A DNA stretch of 64,000 bases, from positions 192,001 through 256,000 of the forward strand of contig OZ245011.1 of NCBI GenBank assembly GCA_965223665.1. The letters are read 5' to 3'. The DNA is from Nitrospinaceae bacterium (GTDB lineage: Bacteria > Nitrospinota > Nitrospinia > Nitrospinales > Nitrospinaceae). Positions within the stretch are counted from its first letter, which is position 1. Each line of letters begins with the position of its first letter. Position numbers and translations under genes: made by a program. The notes under the pieces are model-generated. The model saw only the letters and a list, made by a program, of their open reading frames with translations, was not told the origin of the DNA and did not search any database. Positions 1 to 10,435 of this stretch are shown here, piece by piece.

Positions 1-1364
1 AATTCCATGGCGATTCAATAAAACCAGGTGATGTTTTTTTAAGTAATCATCCTAAAGCCGGAGGTACTCATTTGCCAGATTTAACCGTGATAACACCTGT
101 CATGGAAAATGGAAAACCCATATTTTTTGTTGCAAGCCGCGGTCACCATGCGGATATTGGCGGGATTTCTCCAGGATCCATGCCTCCCTTTTCTTCGAGC
201 ATAGAAGAGGAAGGGGCCGCAATACTCTCTTTTAAGCTTCTTGAAAAGGAGGAGTTCCAGGAAGAAAAAGTAAAGCAATTATTAATGAACCCTCATAAAG
301 GAAAATTAAGTTCAAATTCAGAAAACATAAGTGGTGCTCGCGCTGTGAACGACAATGTGTCTGATTTGAGGGCTCAAGTTGCTGCCAATGAAAGAGGCAA
401 ACAATTATTATTGGAATTGATTGCCGATTATTCATTAACTAAAACTCATAGGTACATGTCGTATATTCAAGATGCGGCTGAAGAATCTGTTCGAAAATTA
501 ATTACTAAAACGCTTGTAAAGAAATCGAGCAAGAATAAATTAATGGCAAAAGATTTCTTAGATGATGGCACTCCTATTTGCTTATCAATTTTACTAAATG
601 CGGATGGGTCAGCCGACTTTGATTTTTCAGGAACTGGTGTTCAGGTTGCTGGGAATTTAAATGCACCAATTTCTGTAACTCTCTCAGCAATTTTATATTG
701 CTTGCGCTGTTTAGTTGATAATGACATACCTCTGAACCAAGGTTGTTTGAACCCTATTTCCATCCATATCCCAGAAAACTCTATTTTATCTCCTTCGCAA
801 AACGCTGCGGTTGCCGCAGGAAATGTGTTGACGTCTCAAAGGATTGTAGATGTAATATTCAAAGCTTTTGGTGCAATGGCTGCCTCGCAGGGTTGCATGA
901 ATAATTTAACGTTTGGAAATGAATCATTTGGATATTATGAAACTATTGGGGGTGGAGCGGGCGCAGGTCCAAACTGGGATGGTGCTTCTGGCGTACATAC
1001 TCATATGACCAATACGCGAATAACGGATCCTGAAATTTTAGAAAAGAGATACCCTGTTTTGTTAAAAGAATTTTCTATCCGAAAAAACTCGGGTGGAAAA
1101 GGGTTTCATGTTGGAGGTGATGGATTGATCCGTGAATTTGAATTTATTGAGCCGCTTCAATTGGCCGTGTTAACGGAGCGCAGAAATTTTTCACCCTTTG
1201 GATTAATGGGGGGAGAGCCCGGCTTAAAGGGAAAAAATATTTTTCTAAAAAAAGGTGAGAAAGAAATAGTTCTTGGAAGTAAAAGTCAATTTCAAGTTCG
1301 TAAGGGAGATCGAATTCGAATTTTAACTCCAGGAGGGGGTGGTTTTGGAAAACCTGGAGGTTGA
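1..1364 (+). CDS. 5-oxoprolinase / hydantoinase B domain (C-terminal part, 5' truncated by window)
   Basis: Frame is open from the window start ([26 protein letters not shown]); motifs [47 protein letters not shown]. Confidence 0.92.
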   Translation, partial: FHGDSIKPGDVFLSNHPKAGGTHLPDLTVITPVMENGKPIFFVASRGHHADIGGISPGSMPPFSSSIEEEGAAILSFKLLEKEEFQEEKVKQLLMNPHKGKLSSNSENISGARAVNDNVSDLRAQVAANERGKQLLLELIADYSLTKTHRYMSYIQDAAEESVRKLITKTLVKKSSKNKLMAKDFLDDGTPICLSILLNADGSADFDFSGTGVQVAGNLNAPISVTLSAILYCLRCLVDNDIPLNQGCLNPISIHIPENSILSPSQNAAVAAGNVLTSQRIVDVIFKAFGAMAASQGCMNNLTFGNESFGYYETIGGGAGAGPNWDGASGVHTHMTNTRITDPEILEKRYPVLLKEFSIRKNSGGKGFHVGGDGLIREFEFIEPLQLAVLTERRNFSPFGLMGGEPGLKGKNIFLKKGEKEIVLGSKSQFQVRKGDRIRILTPGGGGFGKPGG

Positions 1365-1453
1365 TAAAGTTACCCAAGTCTTTTTTTCTTGTAACCAGGG
1401 AGCGAATAAAGTTTTAGTTCTCCTAATCTGGCATTAATAATATTCGAATTGGT

Positions 1454-2470
1454 TTAGTGGACCTTTAGGATCACTTTATTTTCGCGAAATGCTTGATTCA
1501 TGGCAGGAATGATATTTTCTAAGGGCTCAACATTTGAGATGAGTTGTTTTAATTTATCTTGATGCGAAGAAATTATTTTTAATGACTTTTCAAATGGTCC
1601 ACAACGCGATCCTTGAATTTGTATTTCATCAACTACAATTTGAGTAGTGTTTAAGGATTTTTCTGGAAGCCCGCAAGTAGTTTTTAATGAAAGAGTTCCT
1701 TTGGGGCGGACATAATTCAGGGCTTTTGAAATTCCTTCAGGATGACCTGTAGATTCTACGACAATATCTGCTCCAAGTGAGTCGGTGTTTTTTAGAATTA
1801 CCTCCTTGGCTTCTTCAGGCGAACACGCAATTGAAGCGCCATAGTTTAACGCCCGGTTTCTTTTGCTTTCACTTCTAGAAACGGCAATCACTTTTGCACC
1901 CATAAGAGACGCAACAAAGGTAATTAAAATTCCTAATCTACCTGGTCCCAAGACTACTAATGTTTCCCCTTTTTTTATTGGGGTCATCTCAAAAGTTTGC
2001 AACGCGGCTGCCAGGGGTTCAGTTAAAGTTGCAGTTAAGGGAGAAATATTTTCTGGAATTTCATGAAGAACCCCCTCAGGAACAATGATTTCCTCGGAAA
2101 ATGCTCCATCTTTATTTATAATGCCTGTAACCGTCCTTTTTAAACAGTGTTCCGGCATACTTCTTTTGCAAGCCTCACAAAAAAATTTTGAACAATAAGC
2201 TTTACAAGAATTATTAATTTCTGCGGTTACCCTTTTCCCTTCCCATACAGGGTCAACTTCTGCTCCAACCTTTTTTACAATGCCAACAAATTCGTGACCA
2301 CAAACAAGAGGTAAAGAGACAGAATAATCTCCGGAATATAAAGCTAAGTCGGTTCCACAGATACCCGCATATTCTACGGCTATCTTAACTTCATTTTGTT
2401 CTGGTTCTGGGGAATCCTGATTTTGGAAAATAATGGTTTTAGGTGAGGTCAGTACGGCAGCTTTTGGCAA
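1454..2470 (-). CDS. Zn-dependent alcohol dehydrogenase (MDR family)
   Basis: CGTD and GHE catalytic Zn motifs, structural Cys cluster, GPGRLG NAD-binding motif. Confidence 0.9.
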   Translation of the reverse strand: MPKAAVLTSPKTIIFQNQDSPEPEQNEVKIAVEYAGICGTDLALYSGDYSVSLPLVCGHEFVGIVKKVGAEVDPVWEGKRVTAEINNSCKAYCSKFFCEACKRSMPEHCLKRTVTGIINKDGAFSEEIIVPEGVLHEIPENISPLTATLTEPLAAALQTFEMTPIKKGETLVVLGPGRLGILITFVASLMGAKVIAVSRSESKRNRALNYGASIACSPEEAKEVILKNTDSLGADIVVESTGHPEGISKALNYVRPKGTLSLKTTCGLPEKSLNTTQIVVDEIQIQGSRCGPFEKSLKIISSHQDKLKQLISNVEPLENIIPAMNQAFRENKVILKVH

Positions 2471-2495
2471 TTGAAATTCCTTTTAAGATTATTTA

Positions 2496-3233
2496 TCAAT
2501 TACGTCTTTTTTTGGCAGCTTTTTTCTTTTTCCACATTAAAAGCCAGTATTGAATGAGGCGAAGCTTTTGTATTCCTGAGAATTTTCTTCGTTTGAATTT
2601 CGGGGTAGAGTCATATTGCAACCGAGCAATGACTGTAGGTGCAACGGCTTCCTCAATTAAAACTCCTCTTTGCGCGTGTTCCAGTCTTTTAGACCCGCAT
2701 ACTTCGCGAAAGGCCACCATCAGTCTGCAATCTAAAGGACGGTCCTCATGAATTAAACAAGATTCTTCTGAGTCTAAAAACGGGCACGGCTGATTGATTA
2801 CAGTGCGGTACCAATCTACAGTTTCGGGATCAACTCCAGACTCCAATACTTTTGCGACCCGATCAACGGTTTTTTTTGAACTTTCGAAAACCTCATTAAG
2901 ATCTAACCCTTTTTTCCTGGCACCGTTAAGCATGCCGTCCCATTCTAATTGACTAATGGTAACTCCTGTATAACAGCAATGACCGCAGCCTTTATGACAA
3001 GTCAACGCGGGAGCTTTTTCCTGGTAAGCTTTGTCTAGTAAAATCCAAAGTGCTTTAAGGGGAGGAATCTTTTCTTTTTTGGAAAGAATTTTTGTGTTTT
3101 CTAAAAGATGCTCATAAGCATATTGAAGTTCAGCTTCAGAAAATTTCCTTTGAATGAACTTCCGCAATTCTTCGGGGTCAGTCATCCCCTGTATATAAAC
3201 CCCATTATGGTCTGAAAAAAGAGTATCAGTCAT
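2496..3233 (-). CDS. YkgJ-family cysteine cluster protein
   Basis: CHKGCGHCC ... CPFL ... CLIHEDRPLDCR. Confidence 0.85.
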   Translation of the reverse strand: MTDTLFSDHNGVYIQGMTDPEELRKFIQRKFSEAELQYAYEHLLENTKILSKKEKIPPLKALWILLDKAYQEKAPALTCHKGCGHCCYTGVTISQLEWDGMLNGARKKGLDLNEVFESSKKTVDRVAKVLESGVDPETVDWYRTVINQPCPFLDSEESCLIHEDRPLDCRLMVAFREVCGSKRLEHAQRGVLIEEAVAPTVIARLQYDSTPKFKRRKFSGIQKLRLIQYWLLMWKKKKAAKKRRN

Positions 3234-3322
3234 TAAATTGAAAAAATAGAATTTTAATTATTTAACTGTTTTATCAAAACCCAGATGAAAATGCAGGAAA
3301 ATTTTAGAATTAGAATCAATTT

Positions 3323-3739
3323 TTACTTGTTTGGGTTTTTGGCGAGATATTTCATTTGTAGTTCATAAATCAATTGATCCATAAGTTTGGTTTCTTCGGC
3401 ATTCAGGTTATTTGTAGTTTTTTCCTTAAGCATAATTAAAATATCAATGGTTTGCTTAACAGCAGGCAAATTCTCCTGTACCTGACCTGTGGTAGGATCT
3501 GCAATATCACCTAAGTAATAAAAAGCAGAAGAGGTGAGAGACAATACAAACGTAGAAAAATTGATTTCTAAAGGTGTGGTGCCGGCTGAAGAAGACTCCT
3601 GTTGCTGTTGTGCAGCCTGTTCTTTGGCTTTTTCTTTCTCCTTTTCTTCATCAAGAGCTTTAATATCATCATCGGACTGATATGTGGATCGCTTATCTTT
3701 AATTACAAAGCCTTCTTCTTCTTTATTTTCTTCAGCCAT
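3323..3739 (-). CDS. DUF1844-like protein
   Basis: FSTFVLSL...LGDIADP...KQTIDILIMLKEKT.NNL..EE...L..LIYELQMKY pattern. Confidence 0.8.
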   Translation of the reverse strand: MAEENKEEEGFVIKDKRSTYQSDDDIKALDEEKEKEKAKEQAAQQQQESSSAGTTPLEINFSTFVLSLTSSAFYYLGDIADPTTGQVQENLPAVKQTIDILIMLKEKTTNNLNAEETKLMDQLIYELQMKYLAKNPNK

Positions 3740-3849
3740 TTAAAATTCCTTTTTGGAAAATGCTAATCAATATTAATAGAAAAATGAGTAATGCAAAAAC
3801 TTAAACCTATCAAATTCAATAAATCTTCCTTCCCTTAACTTACTGGCGA

Positions 3850-3878
3850 AGCATAGCAGGTCAAAAAAATGTTGTCAA
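3850..3878 (-). promoter_or_regulatory. sigma70-type promoter for the DUF1844-YkgJ-ADH cluster
   Basis: Minus strand TTGACA-N17-TATGCT with TG extended -10, about 110 nt upstream of the 3739 start. Confidence 0.6.
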
Positions 3879-3940
3879 TTCATGTCCTGCTTGATCCCTT
3901 TGGTTGTTGAGCGTTTAACCTTCTGTTATCATTGGTTATT

Positions 3941-4804
3941 ATGAATTTAAAACGAATTGGGTTCGTAATAATAATGATAATTCTCCCTGCCTGCTCTACT
4001 CAAAAGATGGCGGTACGTTTAGCCCTTCCTTTGATTGCAGGTCAATATGATTCTATTATTGAAGAAGCAGATCCTCAATTTGCTGAAAGAGCAATTCCTT
4101 CCAGTTTGAAAATGATGGAGGGATTATTGAAGTCGGACCCTACCAACACTGAACTTCTATTAAAACTTGCAGAGGGATTTTGCAACTATTCTTTTGGGTT
4201 TGTGGAGGATGAGGATCCAAAGCGTGCTTCTAACTTTTACCTTAGAGGCAGAGATTATGCTCAATCTGCATTGAACAGTTTAGGAGTAAGTGAAAATCTC
4301 AATCAATTGAACTTAGATCAATTGTCCTCTCGTCTAAATTCTTTGAGTAAAGATCAGTTCCCTGCATTATTTTGGTGGAGTCAATGTGGCGCTGGGTGGT
4401 TACTTTTAAACCTGGATAAACTGGAAGCCTTAGCGGCAATATCAAAGATTGAGAAATCTATGGATTCTGTTTTAAAACAGGATGAAAGTTTTTACTTCGC
4501 AGGCCCCCATTTATTTTTTGGCAGCTTTTATGGTGGCCGATCTAAAATGCTTGGAGGCAACCCTGAGAAATCTTTATCTCATTTTGAGCGTGGATTAGAG
4601 TTGACGCAAAATAAGTTTTTAATGCTTCAGGTTATGTATGCCAAAACTTATGCAGTCCAATCTCAAAATAAAGAAAAGTTTATTGAATTGTTAAGTGAAG
4701 TTTTAAAAGCATCTACGGAAGGTAGGCCTAAACAGAGATTGGCAAATCAAATTGCAAAAATTAAAGCAAAAAAACTATTGGAGAAAGTGGATGAACTTTT
4801 TTAG
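3941..4804 (+). CDS. TRAP transporter TatT-family (TPAT T-component) lipoprotein
   Basis: Lipobox LPAC, helical TPR-like sequence, YFAGPHLFFG..Y, LGGNPEK, YAKTYA, LANQIAK; adjacent DctP. Confidence 0.8.
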   Translation: MNLKRIGFVIIMIILPACSTQKMAVRLALPLIAGQYDSIIEEADPQFAERAIPSSLKMMEGLLKSDPTNTELLLKLAEGFCNYSFGFVEDEDPKRASNFYLRGRDYAQSALNSLGVSENLNQLNLDQLSSRLNSLSKDQFPALFWWSQCGAGWLLLNLDKLEALAAISKIEKSMDSVLKQDESFYFAGPHLFFGSFYGGRSKMLGGNPEKSLSHFERGLELTQNKFLMLQVMYAKTYAVQSQNKEKFIELLSEVLKASTEGRPKQRLANQIAKIKAKKLLEKVDELF

Positions 4805-4808
4805 TTCC

Positions 4809-5888
4809 ATGTTGGCGAAATTAAATTCAAAATTTGGACTTAAGATTCCAAGTGTATCTTCCAGGACTTTAACATGTATTTTATGCGGAATTTTAGCTTC
4901 TTTGCTGTTAGCTTTTATTATGGCCACGGTTCAAACCCCTGAAGCCCATGCGGCGAAAGTAATAAAAATAAAATTCTCAACCTTAGCGCCGGAAGGTTCT
5001 TCATGGATGAAACAAATGCACCGCTTAGAAAAAGAAGTGGAGTCTGCCACTCAAGGATCCGTCAAATTTAAATTCTACCCTGGTGGCGTATCCGGGGATG
5101 AAAAGGATGTCATTCGTAAAATGCGTATTGGCCAGGTCCATGCCGCGGGTTTTACAGGAGTGGGATTAGGAGAAATTCTTCCGGAAGTAAGAGTCCTGGA
5201 TCTTCCTTTTTTATTTCATAACGATCGCGAAGTTGAATATGTATATGAAAAAATGACAGATTACTTTTCTAAAAAGTTTGAGGAAAAAGGTTACATTTTA
5301 TTGGGTTGGGTGCCGGTCGGCTGGATCCATTTTTTTTCTAAGGATAAAGTCATTACCTTAAGCGATCTTAAAAACTCAAAAGCCTGGATGTGGGAAGGAG
5401 ACCCATTGGTTCAAAAGACTTATGAAGAATTAAATGTCAGTCCGCATCCATTATCCATTACGGATGTACTGCTATCTCTGCAAACGGGAATAATAGATAC
5501 GGTTTATGCTTCTCCCGTCGGGGCCTTGGCGCTGCAATGGTTTACAAAAGTAAAGTATATGTCCGAATTACAAATGGGAAATGCGACAGGGGCCGTCTTG
5601 ATGACTAAACGGATTTATAAAAAATTAAATGCGGAGCAAAAGGAAAAGGTCAAAGCCGTCAGTAAAAAATATTTAAAGGAATTGGTTAACAAAATTCAGG
5701 AAGACAACGATCAAGCCATAGCAGTTATGAAAAATAACGGGTTGAAAATTTCTGAATTGCCCTCTGAGGATGAACGGAAACAATTCCTTTTGGTAGGTGA
5801 AAAGATTAGAGGAAAACTGACAGGTAAACTTTATGATAAGGCTCTACTGGACCAAGTATTAACCCATCTGCAGGCTGTAAGAAATTAA
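4809..5888 (+). CDS. dctP: TRAP substrate-binding protein, DctP family (start uncertain)
   Basis: KFSTLAPEGSSW, FYPGGVSGDE, KMRIGQ, LDLPFLF, LQTGIID. Confidence 0.88.
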   Translation: MLAKLNSKFGLKIPSVSSRTLTCILCGILASLLLAFIMATVQTPEAHAAKVIKIKFSTLAPEGSSWMKQMHRLEKEVESATQGSVKFKFYPGGVSGDEKDVIRKMRIGQVHAAGFTGVGLGEILPEVRVLDLPFLFHNDREVEYVYEKMTDYFSKKFEEKGYILLGWVPVGWIHFFSKDKVITLSDLKNSKAWMWEGDPLVQKTYEELNVSPHPLSITDVLLSLQTGIIDTVYASPVGALALQWFTKVKYMSELQMGNATGAVLMTKRIYKKLNAEQKEKVKAVSKKYLKELVNKIQEDNDQAIAVMKNNGLKISELPSEDERKQFLLVGEKIRGKLTGKLYDKALLDQVLTHLQAVRN

Positions 5889-6116
5889 CACTCTCTCCCA
5901 TGTTGATCCCTCAATAAGTAGCCCAATTGGGGTTTGAAATTTAAAAAATTGGTTAAAAGTTCTCCTTTGTTTTAGGTTATTTACGTCAACTCTGGCAAAA
6001 TTTCTGTATTTTTCTGTTGAAAAAAGCCCTCTTTGGGTTATTATTGTGTCGCTCCAATATTGTTTTAATTTCAAACCGCAAATTTACAATAAAACTCTAA
6101 TGTCATGGGGGAAATC

Positions 6117-9100
6117 ATGAAATCCAAAATTCATCCAGTTTTCCAATTGTGTGTCCTTTTAGTTTTAGTGTTTTTCCCCAATTTGGCCTTTAGCGCTAAC
6201 TTAAACCACACTCAAAAATCCATGGACTCCGTTCTATCGGATCCGGTATTGAGATTGGACTCTGCTAAAGCTTTAGGACCAAACCCCTTTGAAAAACAGA
6301 CTCATGGTTATTTATTAAAGATGGGGACAGTGAATTCCCAAACCGCTTATTTCCCCGAAACATTAAACTCAAAACATCCGATTGTTCTAAAAACCTTTAA
6401 TGACACTGTGGAACAATCTTTGGTCTCCGATGAAGTTTATCATGCAGAGCTGAAGGGCAGGTATCTGATTTATCGTGGTAAACATAATTCTATTTTGTAT
6501 CGCTATGATGTGGAGAGTCAATCGTTACGTGAGTTCGTGTATTTAGAAAACAAAACACAACTTCAAAAAGATCGTCCTGTAATTGAGTGGAAGTTTGCCG
6601 GAGCAAATCTTAAATCACAAAAAGATGGCAGTGTCATTTTAATCAAGGCGAGAGATATTAAAAATGAAGTACGCAAAATATCGAATGATTCGATGGCGAA
6701 TCGCATTCAACGATTTTTAGAAAAGAAAAATACTTCAACCAAAAATGACTCATTGATTCAGACGTTATTCATTATTCCCAAACCGGAGTTCATTGACGGC
6801 AACCAGGAGCACCATACCCAGGGATTAAATTACAGCGTCCACAATGATCAACTCGCACTTAACCTTGAACCTAACGAACAACTTAAATTTCCCTTGTGGG
6901 TGGATCCTACAGTTGTTTTAAATTCTAATGATAATTTTGATGTTTTGATTAATGGACAAGATGCGTATGACAATTTTGGAGGAGTGGTTGTAGGTGATAT
7001 CGATATTAATGGAGATGGTTTGGATGATGTGATAATTGGCGCTTCTGAGGACGACAATAATGGTGATAGGTCAGGAAGAGTTTTTATTTTTTTTGGTCGT
7101 CTCAATTGGCCCACGCCTCTTACGGCTGATACAAATGCTGATGTCATTATCAATGGAAATAGTGTGAATGGGATTTTAGGAAGAACTATTTCTGCTGGCG
7201 ACATGAATAACGACGGAATCGATGACGTGATTCTTGGCCAAAATGATAATCCGGGAAGGGTTTTCGTTTTTTTTGGACGTAATGTATGGGCTTCTTCGCT
7301 AGATATAGAAACAGATGCCAACGTGATAATTAATGGAACTGGCTTTGCAGATGGATTTGGAAACAATTTATCAGTTTTAGGAGATATAAATGGAGATGAA
7401 GTTGATGATTTAATTATTGGAGCACTTTTTGACGATAATAGTGGAAATGATTCTGGTAGCGCTTTTGTATTTTTTGGCCGTAGTTCCTGGTCTTCTCCTT
7501 TAAATGCTGACAATGACGCTGATGTCATTATAAATGGAACAAATGCGGGAGGCCTTTTTAGTGGAGGTTTAGGGAGAGGTGATTTTAACGGGGATGGATT
7601 AGGTGATTTTATTGTCCGAGCCAATGGAGGTGAATTTATATTTTTTGGCCGTAACTCTTGGTCTTCGCCATTAAATGCAGATAGTGATGCAGATGTAATT
7701 ATTGATGTTCGGGGTTCAATTTCTCAGCTAGGAGGAGATATCAATAATGATGGTTTCGACGATTTAATAGTATATGCAAATAGAGAGGTCCTTATTTTTT
7801 TTGGTCGAAATGTTTGGCCATCTTCTCTCAATTCCGAAAATGCAAATATTATTTTAGATGGGGTCTTAATCACGGCTATTTTAAATGATATTAACGAAGA
7901 TGGCATTGATGACCTTATTGTGGGTGAACCCTCTGCTGATGTTAGTTTTCCTCAAGTTGGAAAAGTTTATGTTCTTTATGGCCGAGATACTTGGCCTTCT
8001 TCATTTGAACTTGATGAATTTGCCGATATCGTTATTAATGGTGTAAAAGCAGAAGGAGGATTTGGGGGAGCAGTAACACCTACCGGCGATGTTAATGGAG
8101 ATGGTTTTGAAGATTTACTGATAGGAGCCCGTATGCATGATATCCGTGGGCAAGAGTCAGGAAGCGCTTATATTTTCTTTGGTCCTTTTAAACCTAATAA
8201 CTTAAGTTTTTCAGATGCCCAAGACTCCTACATTCGACAAACTTCTCCAAGTACTAACTTTGGAAATGAAGCAGTTTTACTTGCAGATGGAGTGGATCAA
8301 GATCCCAGTAATGGATTATTTGGTGAAGTAAGATCAGTAATTTCCTGGGATGTTTCAGATATTCCCCCCAATGCCACAATCGAGTCAGCTACAATCGATT
8401 TATTTCATACTAATACAAGTACGGGGTCTTATGGAATCTATGAGGCTAAAGTGCCCTGGTCAGAAGAAAGTGTGACTTGGAATAATTTTGACGACCCGAA
8501 TAATACAGGTACAGAATTATTGGGATTTGTGAATTCCTCCGGACCCACAAGTTTTAATCAAGCGGGATTGGATCTAATACAAGGTTGGATCGATGGAAGT
8601 ATTCCCAATAATGGGATTATTATAAAAAGTATTGATACAAATGATGGAATAGATATTAATTCAAGTGAGGCAGCAGATAATCAACCCGTACTTAATGTGA
8701 AATTTTCGAATGACCCTCCACCCTCTCTTCAGGTTACGGACAATTTTCAAGATGCAAAGGATGCTTATGTTTATAGCTTTACTCCAGATCAAAATTATGG
8801 GGATGATGTTAAATTAATATCCTCAGGAAATGAGCTTGCTTCTGAAGATCCCTTAAAACATCCTACTCCAATATACTCTTTGATTTCCTGGGATATTTCG
8901 TCTATTCCACAGGATGCGGTAATCCAATCAGTAAAGATCTCTTTTAACGTAACAAACGATAGTGAACAAGATTTCGAAATTTACGAGATGATAAATAGGT
9001 GGGAAGAAGATGTTGTGACCTGGGGAAACTTTAGTTTTGGTCCGAGAGGAAGTGTGGGAAGGGAATTGTTTGGATCTTTCTCACCTGGGACTTTAGGTGA

Positions 9101-10388
9101 ACATATTGTCGAATTAAATGATAAAGGTGAAGAAATAGTCCGTGAATGGATAAGAGGGACTGTCGCAAACAATGGTTTAATCATTAGGATGGAAAGAGGG
9201 GGAGAGCTCCTAGACCAACGTGATAGAGTTGAAATGAATTCAAGTGAGGCTGCTACAGGAAATCCTAAAATAGAGGTTACTTATTTGACCTCACCTCCTC
9301 CCGGGGAAACCACAGTGGATTTGGTGAATGCGGAGGATTCGTATGTACGTGAGACATCGCCGACAGTGAATTATGGTAGTGAACCGGTTTTGTTGGCGGA
9401 TGGTTCGGATGAAGATCCCGACAATAGCAATCTAGGTGAATTGTTGTCGGTTATTTCCTGGGATGTATCGGGCATTGCTAATACTTCGGTCGTGCAAAAT
9501 GCACAGGTGACTCTGGATCTGTTCAATCCCAGTTCAGGGGAATACAAACTGTATGCTGTCAACACTCCTTGGGCAGAAGGGACGGTTTCCTGGAACGATG
9601 TGGGGTCGGACATTGGTTCTACGGTTCTGGGTACTATTGCTGCTGGGTCGTTAGGATCGACTGTGATTAACTTGAATGCCTCCGGTTTGGCCTTAGTGCA
9701 GGGTTGGGTTGATGGGACAATCCCTAATAACGGATTTGCGGTTAGAACCGGTGGCGCGACAAATGGGATTGATTTTAATTCCAGTGAAGCAGGTTCCGGT
9801 CAACCTAAACTGACGATCACTTATTCGGACTCCGGTCCCCCTCCTCCAACCCCTGTGGAGGTCAACATTGGAAACGCCGAGGATTCGTATCTGCGTGAAA
9901 CTTCTGGCAACACCAATTATGGAAGTGAAACTCTATTGCAGGCAGATGGAGTGGATCAAGATCCCGGCAATGGGAATTATGGTGAATTACGACCGGTGCT
10001 TTCCTGGGATGTATCGTCAATACCTACAGATGCAGTGGTGGATTCAGCGAGTATTAATCTGAGTTTAACGGATTCCAGTACCGGCAGTTACGAACTGTTT
10101 TCTGTGAACAGTGCCTGGACCGAAGGGACTGTAGTGTGGAATGACCTGGACGGGCCCGGTGATACGGGATCTACAGTTATTGGAACCATTACTTCCGGAA
10201 TCATAGGTAATACGGTGATTAACCTGAATGCCTCTGGGGTTGCACTGGTCCAGGGCTGGATTGATGGATCGATTTCTAACAACGGGATTATTATCAAATC
10301 CGGGGGTACCAACAACGGAATCGACATCAGTTCCAGTGAAGCCAGTTCCGGACAACCTATACTGAATGTGACCTACACGCAACCTTGA
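6117..10388 (+). CDS. Large secreted protein: signal peptide, N-terminal domain ending FPLWVDPT, FG-GAP/integrin-like beta-propeller repeats, four DNRLRE-type modules
   Basis: About seven GDxNxDGxDDxIxG ... FFG repeats; four ~165-aa repeats DSY...NYG...SWDVS.IP...W.E..V.W...LxQGWIDG...NNG...SSEA...P.L.VTY. Confidence 0.85.
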   Translation: MKSKIHPVFQLCVLLVLVFFPNLAFSANLNHTQKSMDSVLSDPVLRLDSAKALGPNPFEKQTHGYLLKMGTVNSQTAYFPETLNSKHPIVLKTFNDTVEQSLVSDEVYHAELKGRYLIYRGKHNSILYRYDVESQSLREFVYLENKTQLQKDRPVIEWKFAGANLKSQKDGSVILIKARDIKNEVRKISNDSMANRIQRFLEKKNTSTKNDSLIQTLFIIPKPEFIDGNQEHHTQGLNYSVHNDQLALNLEPNEQLKFPLWVDPTVVLNSNDNFDVLINGQDAYDNFGGVVVGDIDINGDGLDDVIIGASEDDNNGDRSGRVFIFFGRLNWPTPLTADTNADVIINGNSVNGILGRTISAGDMNNDGIDDVILGQNDNPGRVFVFFGRNVWASSLDIETDANVIINGTGFADGFGNNLSVLGDINGDEVDDLIIGALFDDNSGNDSGSAFVFFGRSSWSSPLNADNDADVIINGTNAGGLFSGGLGRGDFNGDGLGDFIVRANGGEFIFFGRNSWSSPLNADSDADVIIDVRGSISQLGGDINNDGFDDLIVYANREVLIFFGRNVWPSSLNSENANIILDGVLITAILNDINEDGIDDLIVGEPSADVSFPQVGKVYVLYGRDTWPSSFELDEFADIVINGVKAEGGFGGAVTPTGDVNGDGFEDLLIGARMHDIRGQESGSAYIFFGPFKPNNLSFSDAQDSYIRQTSPSTNFGNEAVLLADGVDQDPSNGLFGEVRSVISWDVSDIPPNATIESATIDLFHTNTSTGSYGIYEAKVPWSEESVTWNNFDDPNNTGTELLGFVNSSGPTSFNQAGLDLIQGWIDGSIPNNGIIIKSIDTNDGIDINSSEAADNQPVLNVKFSNDPPPSLQVTDNFQDAKDAYVYSFTPDQNYGDDVKLISSGNELASEDPLKHPTPIYSLISWDISSIPQDAVIQSVKISFNVTNDSEQDFEIYEMINRWEEDVVTWGNFSFGPRGSVGRELFGSFSPGTLGEHIVELNDKGEEIVREWIRGTVANNGLIIRMERGGELLDQRDRVEMNSSEAATGNPKIEVTYLTSPPPGETTVDLVNAEDSYVRETSPTVNYGSEPVLLADGSDEDPDNSNLGELLSVISWDVSGIANTSVVQNAQVTLDLFNPSSGEYKLYAVNTPWAEGTVSWNDVGSDIGSTVLGTIAAGSLGSTVINLNASGLALVQGWVDGTIPNNGFAVRTGGATNGIDFNSSEAGSGQPKLTITYSDSGPPPPTPVEVNIGNAEDSYLRETSGNTNYGSETLLQADGVDQDPGNGNYGELRPVLSWDVSSIPTDAVVDSASINLSLTDSSTGSYELFSVNSAWTEGTVVWNDLDGPGDTGSTVIGTITSGIIGNTVINLNASGVALVQGWIDGSISNNGIIIKSGGTNNGIDISSSEASSGQPILNVTYTQP
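6930..8185 (+). repeat. Intragenic FG-GAP repeats
   Basis: Recurring DING DG / VFIFFGR..W.S.L.AD.DADVIING units; partly recognisable at DNA level (near 7471 versus 7640). Confidence 0.8.
8212..10385 (+). repeat. Four tandem DNRLRE/CBM96-like modules with Pro-rich linkers
   Basis: Repeated motifs; exact 24-nt repeat gcagatggagtggatcaagatccc at 8283-8306 and 9942-9965. Confidence 0.8.
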
Positions 10389-10397
10389 ACTTAAACC

Positions 10398-10435
10398 AAA
10401 TCCACCTCTCAATTTTGGGAGGTGGATTTATTTTC
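10398..10435 (+). terminator. Intrinsic terminator
   Basis: AAATCCACCTC ... GAGGTGGATTT stem followed by T-rich tract, just after the stop at 10388. Confidence 0.7.

Noticed and set aside
3860..3873. GTCAAAAAAATGTT resembling the flagellar activator box
   Set aside because: Lies in the spacer of a good minus-strand sigma70 promoter; no sigma54 site found nearby
6848..7624. 258-aa antisense ORF, plus many other short overlapping ORFs in the track
   Set aside because: Shadow frames of well-supported genes; their repetitive S/P/I/K content mirrors the sense-strand codons
7081..7805. Poly-T runs as phase-variation tracts
   Set aside because: They simply encode the recurring IFFG motif with TTT codons; the frame is intact
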